Source of the DNA: Paraphysomonas bandaiensis
Lineage: Eukaryota; Protista; Chrysophyceae
Direction: 5' to 3'
Assembly (NCBI GenBank): GCA_965644295.1
Contig: CBFFRP010000378.1
Coordinates: 310,001-374,000, forward strand
Length of the DNA stretch: 64,000 bases
A program made the translations under genes and the position numbers. The notes under the pieces are model-generated. The model saw only the letters and a list, made by a program, of their open reading frames with translations. It made no database searches and was not told the DNA's origin. Shown here one piece after another: positions 49,398-62,080 of the stretch. Each line of letters starts with the position of its first letter. Position 1 is the stretch's first letter.

Positions 49398-51206
49398 TTA
49401 CTTTCGTTTCGCTCCTGTCACACGCCGAGTATCGTCCGTTCCTATCGCAGAGTAGTCATCCATCACGGACACGGATATTCCAGGGGCACGATTGGAAGAA
49501 TACACTTGTGACTTCTTGTTGGCAACTTTCCATCGCTTTCCCCCTGGCACTGTACTATGTGAGCTCGATTCCGAAATTGATTCTATATTATCCGCACTCT
49601 TGGAGTTGTGCCGTCTGTTGGAGGACGCTATCGATATGCTATCAGGAAACAAGGAGTCGTCGTACAACGAAGAGCTGTCTGCAACCCAGTCTTGATCCGG
49701 TTCAGACCGTATTTTCTTCTCAAGAGAATATTCTTTCTCCACACTTTTAACTATTCCCTAAAAGATACGTATCATTATCATCGAAAAACTGTGTGATGAC
49801 CAGATAATTGCGTTACAAATAAAACGGCTACCATACCGCTTTGACGTTCTCCCAACGTTCTCTCTCCGATTTCTGGCGTTTCCTCCTTTTCTCTTCTTTT
49901 CGTCTACACCAGAATATATCCCATTACGAATAAATTATTGCATTGAACAGGCAGCACCCTCGCCACGCATGCAGGGTGTATAATATGTATACCAATACTA
50001 TTAATAACAAATCACAATCGTTGATTGTAGTCTATATACTGTCTAACACTCGCGCTAGAGTAAAAACTACCTCGCCTCCCTCTCTTCTCTCTGTCGTCGC
50101 CGTTTTTCCAGCATATCCTGAGTCTCTTTCTCCTCTTCCGCGGTGGTAACGATCGTGTGGCGAACCTCTTTAGGACGGTCACGCGGACCATCGGTATTGA
50201 CACCCCGCGATTCAAGATCAAGCAGTCTACGTATACATGTAAGAGACACTAAGAGGCAAACACATAGGTCACAGATATCAACATTACCCTCGATGGTTGT
50301 TGTAGTACCGACCTGTGCTGCACCATCTTAAACACGAGCTCGATGTCGCTATTCGTACACAGTTGGAATAGTGTATATATAGTTCTGTTGTATGCTCCTC
50401 TAGGTGAAAAAAGATAGTAGAAAAGACTGTATTTCCATGGGTACAGAAGCTTGTCTGGAACCTCATGTATATCCAAATGAATGTGGTGAGCCAAAATAAA
50501 CAGGGATATCTCGTAAGGACTCCTCTCACCACGATATACTTTGGCGCCCGCCAGAAGCAGTTCCCTGTAGATATAATATTATCAGAGTCGTAAAACGATG
50601 TATTAATAATTTAGGCTTATACCGAGTAACCCAAACGTTGTTTCTAAATATCGCATTAAGGAGCGGTGTATTTCCCCCAACATCACGAGCTTCTATTTTA
50701 CTTCCTGGAAAGCGGCAAAGAAATCTAATCACCCCTATATACCCGCTGTCCACACGTTTTGTATCACTAGCAATTATTAGTGCCGTTTGATTTCTTGCAT
50801 TTACAGCATTTATATCAGCGCCAGCCTGCAGTAAGTACTCTATAATCTTTGGTGAGCCTTTTTTGGCAGCACGATGTAACGGCCTCTCTAGTCCATCACC
50901 AATGATAGCATTAGGATCTGCACCATTCTCAAGTGCACGGACACAAAAATAAACATCAGGTTTCTTATGAGCTAACTCTTCTGCAAGTATTCCTGTTTGA
51001 TATGCATCATATTTAAGGGGATGTTTGAGGCTATAGTGCATATATTCCATACGGACATTATGAAATACAATACATACACGTCGATGAAAACCTTTCCATC
51101 TATCTCGACATGTTGGTATTAGATTATTATCTTTATCCTCATTTCTTATTTCAATGTCCTCATTTATATAAGTGTCCTCTGGACTCATATGTATGTTATT
51201 ACTCAT
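49398..51206 (-). CDS. Ankyrin-repeat protein with charged/low-complexity C-terminus, multi-exon
   Basis: ALENGADPN, RPLHRAAKKG, LLQAGADIN, QTALIIA, GNTPLLNA; downstream K/R/E-rich exons. Confidence 0.8.
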
Positions 51207-51909
51207 ATATACGTCTATAGAAGCCTGTAATCAACACACATGCACTTATTGAGCTTTCAACATGTTATATTCAATCATGAATCAATATCAAAACACATGG
51301 ATTAAAGGCGAGGTTGTCTATCATCTCTATTGAGCTATTCTTCTTATATATATATGTATGTGACATCTTCTATATGAATAAATACACTTAAAGACGTTAG
51401 ATTTACAGGACATAAAAATCCCATATTTTAGATAATTTCTAGAAGAATATATGACGGTATTGAGTGTTTGTTATTAGAAAAGTGGCAGTTTCTATGCGAA
51501 GCAATGAGGCATTTGTAAAACTTTTGTTGGAGATATTCTTCTTTAGGGTATATATTTAGGTGCTAAAATCGGGAGTTTTCAATATGAAAATTGAGAAAGT
51601 TGAGAAAATGCTCAATATTTTAATGTCCGCAAGTATAAAATAACCAGATATCATGCCTAAAGTCGGTCGTATCTTCCTTGCAGCCAGAACGTCAGCATGT
51701 GCTCCTAGTCCCTAGTCGAAAGGGGGGGGGCATATGCATATGTATCTGATAGTATATCTAGTGTTGAAATCTCCACTGCTGTCATGTCACAAGTGTTGGA
51801 TTATAAGAACTAAAGTGTAGTGATCAGTCAATATACAGACTAGAAAACATTGCAATCATTATTGAATAAAGCCATTAGAACAAAACATACAACGCATACA
51901 TCATCTAGT

Positions 51910-52671
51910 ATGGTCTCTATCATCCAGCCTCCTACATTAACATTCTTTCATATCATATCTGACTATGGTGATGATTGTTGGATATCCTCCATATCTCCTC
52001 ATGTAAATGATATCCACCACGAAATCACCCGAAAATTCCCAGAAATCTCCCATATTGAACTTTCACAAGAAAAGAGAATACTCGAATATCATGAAGTTGC
52101 AGATACCTCAAAAGATATTAAAATACAGTATTATTTATATGGAGGATCTAGTATGAAGTGTACTACTATAACAAACGTACCAGATGCACTACAAATTAAA
52201 GTATTATGTTTTAAATGTGGTATAAAAAATTTCCCTATATGGACTACAGACTGGTTATGTGATCATATGTGTTGCTGTGTATATCATAAATTTGGTATAC
52301 CTGAACTATCTACATTACAGTTGCTGTGTTTGGGTCCCTGTGTATTAGGTTCCAATATATCAACTAAACTAACAACTACTATACCTGTAAGTATGATTTC
52401 TAATCCAATATGTTAATATATATGATGAGTTTATATAGTAGTTAGTAATATATGTGTATAGGATCTTCTTACAGTGAATATCTTGTGCTGGAAATGTGGT
52501 ATTCAAAATTTTCCTGATTGGCGGAAAGAAGATTTTATACAAGAGAAGTGGCTGTGTTTGCACCAAGCGGTCGGGTTTCCACATTGCATGACAGAATTTC
52601 AATTCTTGTGTTGTCATGTCGCATGTGGAAACATACTGTCTTATACCCCATTAGCCGATTGCACCTCGTAA
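51910..52671 (+). CDS. Hypothetical protein: possible ubiquitin-like leader ending LYGG plus two Cys-rich repeats; 2 exons
   Basis: ...IKIQYYLYGG followed by PDALQIKVLCFKCGIKNFPIW... and P|DLLTVNILCWKCGIQNFPDW... Intron at ~52387-52461. Confidence 0.6.
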
Positions 52672-53091
52672 TTGCTTCACCATCATAAATACATTTTGTT
52701 CTTCGAGGTTATCTCAGTTCTCGAATGAGTTTTATTACAATGGTTTCGTCGATAAGATATACTCGTAATTAATTATCTCTATGGGATAAAGGATAAAGTA
52801 CGACTGTTGCTAATTCTTTCATCATGCTATTCGGTAAATTGCATAGAATTACAACTGCAGGTAGCATTGGCTCTCCTCTGACTATATCGGAAGCTGAACT
52901 TACCACTCCGTGTCCTTCGGTAATCTATGCATCAGGTCTAATACTCACAAACTAAATTTTATCAAACTACACGGAGAATATACAGCCATTTTCTTCGTAA
53001 AATACTATGCTACGCACAAACTGTGATATTCTTATTATGACTCTAAGTGTGATACTTTCACATTATTGTAAAATGAATGCAGTAAAAAATA

Positions 53092-56000
53092 TTACACTAC
53101 ATCTGTTGTTTGAGTATTAGGAGTATTCATCAGAACAACTTTTTTCAGTGCCATTCTAAACTCACTTTTTTCAACAAATAAGCTGTAATCAACATCAAAT
53201 AAATCCAGGTTGAATTTTAATTCAGATATACGCATCATATTAATTTTTTCCATTGTTAGAAGTTCTGGCGTTGGCGAGACATACGACAGTCCCATAAGCT
53301 TCGAAATGTTGACCATGCTGTGACAAACTTTCGTATACACATTATTTCGAACCTTTACGATGTCAGAATTCCTTGGATCCATAGGAATAGGGTCATGGTG
53401 GTGAATCCATAATGGCTGATTTCTATACTCGTTTAAATCGATTTGTCCTCCTTCTTGTGATACCAAAAACTCAACTTCCAAAAACGATCCATCGCTCTGT
53501 ATAGGCAATAGTAGCTTACGAGAATCATGCTCCGTTGTTGGTAACGTACTCGCAGAATTCATTTCGAATTTTTGAATGATACTGTTGATAGTAGAACTTT
53601 CAAGGGGCACCGTACACCATGCCACGACATCAGTGGCAGATCCGGAAGGCGTTCTGGATTGGGATGAAAAGCAGGAACCAAAAGTAGATTTCTTGCTACG
53701 AGATACAGTGCCTGGGTGTGGCTGGGAAAGTGGCGAGGGGATACGGCAGCGCATCTATGCCAACAAAATATGAGTGTACATCAATTTAAATACATGCATA
53801 CACGACGGGCGTCCACATACCTCGCTGATGGAGGCAGCACTTCGTAATTCTATCAACACAAAACTACCAGGCAGTAAATTTTCTAGCGGGGTCTGCATTT
53901 CCCATTCGCATGCCCACCACATATAAGATTCCCGACGTAAAATAGGAAGTGAGGTGTTCTGAGGGGCTTCTATTAAATCGTGGTGGGCGTTATACAACGA
54001 AACTGTCAGGTACGGAAACTGCATTTCTTGAAATGGAATTCTAAAACAAAGCATGATGATAATATACAAAATTGAAAAATGTACCTGTTACTCTGCCCCA
54101 ATGCTGTATCATCATGTCTCTGAAAATGCATTCTGAGATAAGAAAACCCATGAATACGCCTATATGGTGAGACGATGCCACTTCCCATATTAATGTTTTT
54201 CGCCAAGGTACCTGTATCATATGCAGTGTCAGGATGGGCCTAATCTGCAAATATTACTACATACCGGTATTCGATAAAGCCTTTGAAATTTCAGAAGTAC
54301 CCAAATCCATAACAGTGTCTCCATTATTGTTTCGAATAGTTATATCTGCTCCCTTTGCAACTAGGCACTGTGCGAGCTCTATATTTCCATATCGTACAGA
54401 TATGTGTAACGCGGTTTGACCCAAATTATTTTTTGCGTCAATATCACAACCATTTTGAATCAACCACACAGCTAATTGAAGGACTTTAGCTACTGGCACT
54501 CGAGGAGTGCCATTTGATGTTTTGTTTCGGTATCTTGCCAGCATGATCAAAGGAGTTTCCCCAGCTTTGTTACAGACATTTAACCAAGATTTCCTCAATT
54601 CATAATTATAGTTGTATAGAGCCTGCTCACAACTGACCCCTAATAGCTCATCATGAGCAGCGGAAGCAGAAAGAATTGAAATCATCCACTTTTGTAATTC
54701 GTTCTCACTGGTTGTTTTAAACTGCCTGACAGGAGATCTCTTATCATTGGTCGCATTCAAGTCGCTAACACAGCCCAACGAAAACACTGGATCTTCACAC
54801 TTAACTCTTCTCACAGGATAATCTGCAAGCGCTAAACTTCTTCGGGCAGATTTGCTTGTTCTTGATCGGAAATAATGCAAGTGTGTAGGGGTCAGTATTG
54901 CCCACACTTGCTTCCAATTTTGGCCCGGATATCGCTACAAATACATTATATTAAAATCATAAAAAACAATATAAGTTTCACAGTGCGCAAGCGTGAATAC
55001 GAAAATGTAAACTGACCTTCATAAGCCAGCCTTCCATAATTATCTCATCCACAGTTATCTGAAAATCATTCTGTGCTTCATAATTCTCATCATCGTCCGC
55101 ACTTCCAGTACGTGATTTCCCAAAGAACTCCGCTGAATGACGAGGAGTGTCCCGCTTGGACGACCAACGAATAGGAGACTTCACCGACTTATCCTTCGGT
55201 GTCAACGTCGGCTGACTCTGAGGAGATTCAATACACTCTACAGTACAACTTTTACCCAGTGGTGATGAACAACTATAATCTTTCGCAGAAGTGGTGTGAA
55301 TTTCATCTTTCGTAAGATCAGAATTTCGTAATGTTTTTTCAGGTTCGCGAGAGTACAGAAGGTGTTCATCGAAAGATTTCATGTCGTCACCTAATTATTA
55401 GAATGTTATCATACAGAATAATATATGGAAAACACAAACACACACAGTATATATTCGTCACACAACGTATTTACTCAATGACAGCATACTTACCAATAAT
55501 TCCACACTGGTAGAGTACATAAGGGTCATACTTCATTGTCACAGCTTCTGCCAGGTATCGAACCATATCTACTGATGGGTGAAGAACAGCATAGTGCGCA
55601 GCCGTATTTCCCATTTTGTCCGTGAGTAAAATATCAGCTGGGCCAGGCTGGAGTGCTCTCACAGCAGGTAGATTCCCATTGCTAATGGCGATATGCAGAG
55701 GAGAGCAGAAATTCAATTGCCTCACACGAATAGAAAGATATTGTCTGACATGGGATGCATTGTAGACAGCATAGGGGTAGTATTGACTATATGAGACATA
55801 TGACTTGATAGGTAACGCTAAGAGTGTCTTCATCTCTGACTCTGATCCATGTGCACAACATGCATATAAGACATTGACACAATGATATAAATACATTCTT
55901 CTTTGATATGAACGTATATATCTTTGTAATCGTATACATAGTGATCGATTATGATGATAAGTTTTCATTTCTTTATATGAACGATAATAAGACTGTATAT

Positions 56001-56565
56001 ATATAATCATACGTATCATACGTTGTTTTCTATAGTATTTCCAACGTTTATACCATAATTGTATAAATAAAATATTCTTTCTATTATGACAATATTGTTT
56101 ATAATTCATATATGATCGTATATAACTTTGTAATACTATACAACTATATTTATATTTATGATACAATACTCTCATAGTATATTGACGATAATAAGATTGT
56201 ATTCTTATAATTGATTGTATTCTATAATAATATCTACGTATAATATATTGACGATATGTAGATTGTATGATACAACATGATTTAGTATATTGTAGATATT
56301 GTTTTTGTATATGATATCTTCGTATATGTGATTGTATAAGTATTATAGCATTATATATATGTATTTTTTTGGTATGATATTTTCGCCATATTCTTTGTAT
56401 TAATAATGAAGATGAAGTATGAAGTGAAGTATGAAGTGAAGTAGAATTATTTTCATAGAAATTTCTTGTAATTCTTCGACGTGTAAGTAAACCTTTTTGA
56501 TGTATTATATATAATGCTAAAGTAATATTGAAATGGATTACTCCAATTCCCCATCCAATATTCAT
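53092..56565 (-). CDS. Multidomain protein: IQ repeats, ankyrin, PH, ankyrin, AIDA-type C2-like, SAP-like tail
   Basis: Many IQSxxRxY motifs; SPLHIA/GNTAAHYA; IMEGWLMK..WKQVWAILT..LHYF..ELQKWMISI; GQTALHISV; FPYLTVSLY..QTPLENL..FVLIELR; MRISELK..VEKSEF. Confidence 0.8.
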
Positions 56566-57133
56566 TAAAATATCCAGTTTTTCAATATAGTTATATATTT
56601 CGAAGAGTATAGAAGTTAATAAGAATGATATTAAATTGAGTGATTTGAGATATATATGATTCGTATGAATATGCCGATAGGGGTTCTTCTTTCAGGTCAG
56701 ATTTGTGAAGAAGATATGCTTATTTGTCGATATATATATATATGTATGCTATCATACTATCATACCCTTTGAAGGTATCTACTTCTATGTTGAATATACA
56801 GCATTACAAGTACATGCATGACACACATCTATACATCTCATCAAGAATACGTACCGGAATACTGACTACTGGAAATACTGCTGTATAGAAGCAGTAGTAC
56901 GATAAACTGTTCTGCTGTATTCCAAGTAAGTATTCCACCGTATACCATGGTATACCAACATCAGTCGCCAAAAAACTGGCGATGAGCATACATAAACATA
57001 CTACTGAATATATATATGCATGGGAGCGAAGCTATCATAGAGAGTGCAGTGCTATTATTGCTTATACTTAACAACTGTGTGTTTGTTACTGATTAACACG
57101 TAGGATTTATATTGAAATAATTGTTGGCCCATT

Positions 57134-58785
57134 ATGTCATATAAAATGCGTACAGTTCTCGTCCAGAGAAATATCTGGAGTGCATCATCAGCAAATGAAC
57201 ACTTTAACGACAGGCAAGGGAATGAACAGGTACTTGTACTCACTTATCCTAACAAACATCTTCATTACTTGCAAACAGTGCATTGTTCTTGTCCCTCGGC
57301 CTCCTGTTTTTCCACAACTCTTCTTTACTGTACCTGCGGGTCCATATGTATTGTGGCAATCATGGGGAAAAAATCGTGGGTTACTGTTGCCTGGACTCAA
57401 ACTCTGCTGGGCACCCTGGCACCGTGTTAGTCATATTGTAACGAGAGCAGCAATTACTTATGATGCCCCGACTTATAATGTGCCAACAGCAGACAATGTC
57501 ATGGTAACTGTTGATGTGTCTCTTACGTTCTCCATATCTGGTGGTGAGGACGCTGCGTCAGACTTCGTGTACAAGATCGGTGCATATAATTTTAATGACT
57601 ATCTCTCTTCTAAAACAGAGGAAGCTATACGAGGACTGGTGTATGGAGTAACTCATAACAAGGTCAATGACTTAAGGGAAGAATTCGCCGTATCTATGCT
57701 CGAAAGCCTCAAGTCTAAAATGATGGAATTCGGTGTTCGCATGATGAATGTGAAGGTTAGTTAAGATGTTGTAAAATTATTTAGTCAAGCTGATGTAATG
57801 TGATACGTTATCTAGGTAACTGACGTGAAGCTACCACCAGATCTGCAGTCTCGTCTTGAGAAGACAACCGCATTCCAGACCAAAATAGAGGAAGCTGCGG
57901 TATGAACACTATTGTCGGTGTATGCAGTAATGCCATGTAGCGTAATGTTGTGCACTACGTACTTTGCGTCTTCTATCCTACGTAACATTTGTGTTCAACA
58001 GAAAACGCAAGAGAACAAAAAACTCCTAATTGAAAACGATTCTGTTAAGAAAATCGAAGCTTTACGGAAAGAAAATCACCGCAAGCTTCAAGACCTCAAC
58101 GCAGAATGCCAACGATTCGAGATCGAGATGAGAGAAATGGAAGACGTTCAGAGAGGCGAGAATAAGGTAGGCAAAAAGGGCAGTAAGAATTGTGCGCCTT
58201 ACCTATCTCGTATGTAGGTTTTGGAAACCAAACGAAGAGCTGCCGCAGAGACTCGTATTACCAAAGCGAAAGGAGACAAGGACATTGCTACATCTCAGGT
58301 TAGTGTGACATTTGTGTGTGCTGAAACATGGCACACGTGTAGTATTGTTATTATAAAACCGCTTGTTACAGGGCCAGCGTGAGGCCGAGGAACTTCTTAG
58401 GAGTACAACAATTCGCTGCGAGGCGATGAAAATCAAAGCAGACCAGGATTACTCTACAATGGTGATGGCTTCAAAATCACGTTTAGCTGCGGCTAAAAAT
58501 ACCGCGGAAGGTAATTCAATTCTTTGTAAATTTTGTTGAAAATGATAAGAAGTTGTGTGAAATTGTATGTGTACTAATATTTTATTAATAGGAATGATTG
58601 CAACTGCTCAAGCCGAAGCCGCGGCGGCAGAAAAACTTAGAGAGAAGCGTAAATATGAAATTGAATGGAAGCGATTGGCTGTTATGGAAGAAATAGCAGG
58701 AAAAGGAAGAAGAGTTATATCTGGTAATGCTGCTGATGGTCTGATTGAACAAATAGTAGAATCTGGCCTAAAATCCGGCGCTTAA
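57134..58785 (+). CDS. SPFH/Band-7 (stomatin-like) protein with coiled-coil C-terminus, multi-exon
   Basis: PGLKLCW, VPTADNVMVTVDVSLTF, EEAIRGLV, FGVRMMNVK|VTDVKLP; AEAAAAE coiled coil. Confidence 0.88.
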
Positions 58786-58975
58786 AAATCAGAAGATCAC
58801 ATCAATGACTAAAATGTGATTATACGTTAGGATAAGTAATAGTTTGGTCGGATTAGGTGTTTTACGAATTGTCTCACATTGTTATTATGAAAATCAAGTT
58901 AAAAAAGAAGATACTGTGTTTTTATGTGACTGATTTTAATTTCTAGGACTATGAAACGTAGAATTCATAAAGTAG

Positions 58976-59451
58976 TGAATGTCCTACTATTAGCAACAAG
59001 GGTTTAAGAGACAGAACTAATTTAGCAGTGCAATTTAACTAACTCTGATATCGTACTGCTATTTAACGCTACGAAAGCTGCTTATGCGTCACATAAGCAC
59101 CAACGTTGCAATCACTTTTGCTCTATACTCAAAGCAAACGCAGCGAGCAAGCAGAATGTTGATACACCTGACATTTCGCTGACTTAGAGATTTTTGATCC
59201 TTAAGGTGAACAGCCCGGCAGGCAGTCCAATATCCCGGTTACCCTTCACGTGGACCCATTCCCGGTTGCCTGTTTATTTGTCAAGGCCCAAAGGCGTCTA
59301 CACAAGTGACACTTTTATATTAGCGTCCCTTGTACCACACAAGCATTTGAGTGGGCAGATCTAAATCTGCTGACTAGTTTTCAGGAGAAATATCTGCGGT
59401 ACTTATTCCCCGGAACACCGCGATAAGGTACGAGTCCGACTTTGTTGAAGG
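58976..59451 (-). mobile_element. Retroposon copy 5 (diverged)
   Basis: Reverse complement runs ccttcaacaaagtcggactcgtaccttatcgcggtgttccgggg...gctaatagtaggacattca. No long TSD visible. Confidence 0.88.
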
Positions 59452-60437
59452 TAGTAGTCCTATTACAAGATATATTATAGTCTCAATACTTACATGATTG
59501 TGAGGTTCAACACAAATATACTCCTGAATATATAAATTGTTGAGAACCATTACCTGATAGTTAAAAGATGTCATCGTGTTTGAGTAAAAATCTTGATGTA
59601 AACGAGGCGGTACCGTAAACACCTAGTCATATGTTGTTGTCAACTAGATTTTTATCTAGTTGACAAGAGTTATATACATACATACACAATATTTCGTTAC
59701 AAGCTAATTTAATCAATTTTACTAACGAATCTATTGTAATCCTTGTGTAAGCTACAAGCTATAGGCAGTCATTTAATTGATAGACACTGTAGCAGTTGAG
59801 TTTTATATTATACAGGCAGGAGACTAAAGAAGAAGAGAGTGTGTTGTGTATATGAAGAGCTACAAGCCTGGTATACGATTAGTGAGTATCATTGTTCAAC
59901 CAAGTGATACGGGAATAATGTAAGAATTAAAATTTACTCGTGTTACGTATGGAGAAAGGGTGGTGCGGGTACACCACCTAGATTGATTGTTTGAACTTAT
60001 GTGTTTGTCGGGTACCATATAATTAACAGTCTCCCTAACTAATTACTAAGCACCATACAAATAATAATTTGACGAGAGTAATATACTACAATATGAAATA
60101 TATAGAGATGAACCTTTATTTAGACTAGTAGGTTCGCGAAATTCATTGGAACACTCACCAGATATTTTATACACTAGCTCAACATCTCTCTTAATTATCA
60201 GCTACGGAAGTAATGTTTGTGTATGTTGGGTAACGTGACATTGCTTATGTACAACCGAAAGAGATGTTTCCATTGAATATTAAGTCATTCCAGAACATAT
60301 TAGATGAAAGGTTATAGAAGTATTATTTAAACTGTCGAAAGAGTTCACCATGAAGTTACAATTCTGCTTATTTGAAATTTTCTATTATCTAGCTCCCAAA
60401 TGATCTTACCTAGCAAGATCTAGCTAGCCGTATGTAG

Positions 60438-61860
60438 CAGGGCTAGGAAACAATATATTGAATTACAATACATTGATTGGTCGCCCTCAACAAAGTCGGA
60501 CTCGCACCTTTTCGTGGTGTTCTGGGGGATAAGTACCGGAGATATTTCTCCGGGAAACTAACGTGAGCCGCATATTATATAGTCAGCAGATATATTGTTC
60601 TGCCCACTCATAGCCAAATGCTTGTGTGGTACAAGGGACACTAATAAGTGTCACTTGTGTAGACGTCTTTGGGCCCTGACGAATAAACAGGCATCCGGGA
60701 ATGGGCCCACCTCAAGGGCATCCGGGACAGGGCCCACCAGAAGGGTAACCGGGGTATTGGGCTGCCTGCTGAAGTTAAGCATCCGGGATGTTCACCTTAA
60801 GAACTCAAAACACCTGAAGTCAGCAGATGTCAGGTATATCAACATTCTGCTTGCTCCCTGCGTTTGCTTTGAGTGATTGATGCTGAGTATGAGTTCACAT
60901 TATTCGGTATCTGTGTGGCCGGCCAATGACCGAGGTAATGCGTCAAACTTTCCTCATGGATGCATGGCAATGGCAATGATGTGATTAGACCTGTCATGTC
61001 TTCTCACACGTCTACTGCCTAGTCTTGGTTTCTCCTGACCCAGGTCATTGAGATTATATCAAGGCTCTGGCACTGTTCTCCAAGCAGTGTCAGGTACATT
61101 TGTGGTGCTTTTATGTTATTCTTGCTTAGTAGGTTTTCATCCGAGCGGGGAAGGTGCACGGTTTCCTACTAGTGTAAGTCACTCGGGAGAAGAGTGCAAG
61201 GTGGATGCATGTGCTGGATGAGTGCACACAATGGAGGGAAGACATTGGAGTCAGCTTGAATTTGTAACAGATTTTGGTAGATGTCTGTTTCATGCGTCAG
61301 TGTGCAAAATTGCACCAGTGAGACCGCTTCGTGACCGTGGGAGGACCCGGCGCTATAGCTACTTTATTCTCCCTTCCAGACTACCTGCTGCTGTGAACAC
61401 CACCTTGAAGAGGGCCCTAAAGATCTGCCGCATATACAGGAGACATATGCCGAAGACACCGACCGCAAGTTGTTTGTGTTAGGACAAGTAGATTGGGCAG
61501 GAGCGTATGATCCGGCTTAAACACGCAACTCGTCGTATGCCCATGTAGCTAACTAAATCGTGTTGTATAGTTGAGCACTTGTCGGTGCATGCAATAGTAA
61601 CTAGATGAGAGTCATGTTATGCATAGTGTCGCGCGAGTTGTTAGGTTGGTCGCGGCAACGCACAAGCTTGCGCTTCTTAATAATCAGATTTTCAATACAT
61701 TGATTGGTCGACCGGCCAAAAATCCTATCAATATTGTTTCTGTTAAAGTTGCTCAAAATATATTGTAATTGTACTGTTGGGCCTGTTCAATATCTCCATC
61801 AAAAGTATTGTTGGAGCGCTCTCTAACAATAGTATTGCAATATATTATTTCCTAGCGCTG
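60438..61860. mobile_element. hAT MITE interrupted by retroposon copy 6
   Basis: TIRs CAGGGCTAGGAAACAATATATTG / caatatattatttcctagcgctg. Perfect 8-bp TSD gtatgtag at 60430-60437 and 61861-61868. Confidence 0.92.
60484..61694 (+). mobile_element. Retroposon copy 6, long (~1.2 kb) variant nested in the hAT MITE
   Basis: CCCTCAAC start and cagattttca end. TSD (ca)atacattgattggtcg, 16-18 bp, at 60466-60483 and 61693-61710. Carries ~0.78 kb of extra internal sequence. Confidence 0.92.
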
Positions 61861-62080
61861 GTATGTAGTAGACAATCACAACTCAAAGAGTAAACTTTTG
61901 GATAACTAACAAGGGTATAGGCACCAAATATAAACCCGTTAATCAGTATACGTCGTTAAATTAGAATAGTCTCATAATAGAATGCAAAATTTCATGAGAC
62001 GATACTGAGCATACTTCATCATAATTACTGATAGCAATAGCGAAGAATATATATTCCAAAGAAATTGCTAACTACGCAAC

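Noticed and set aside
60760-60810. LLKLSIRDVHLKN resembling a decayed 2A peptide (LLKLAGDVExNPGP) as found in ingi-clade ORFs
   Set aside because: Lacks NPGP and needs a frameshift; too weak without the autonomous element.
22647-61694. Dispersed repeats or internal gcatccggg units as a CRISPR-like array
   Set aside because: Eukaryotic context, no regular repeat-spacer periodicity and no cas genes.
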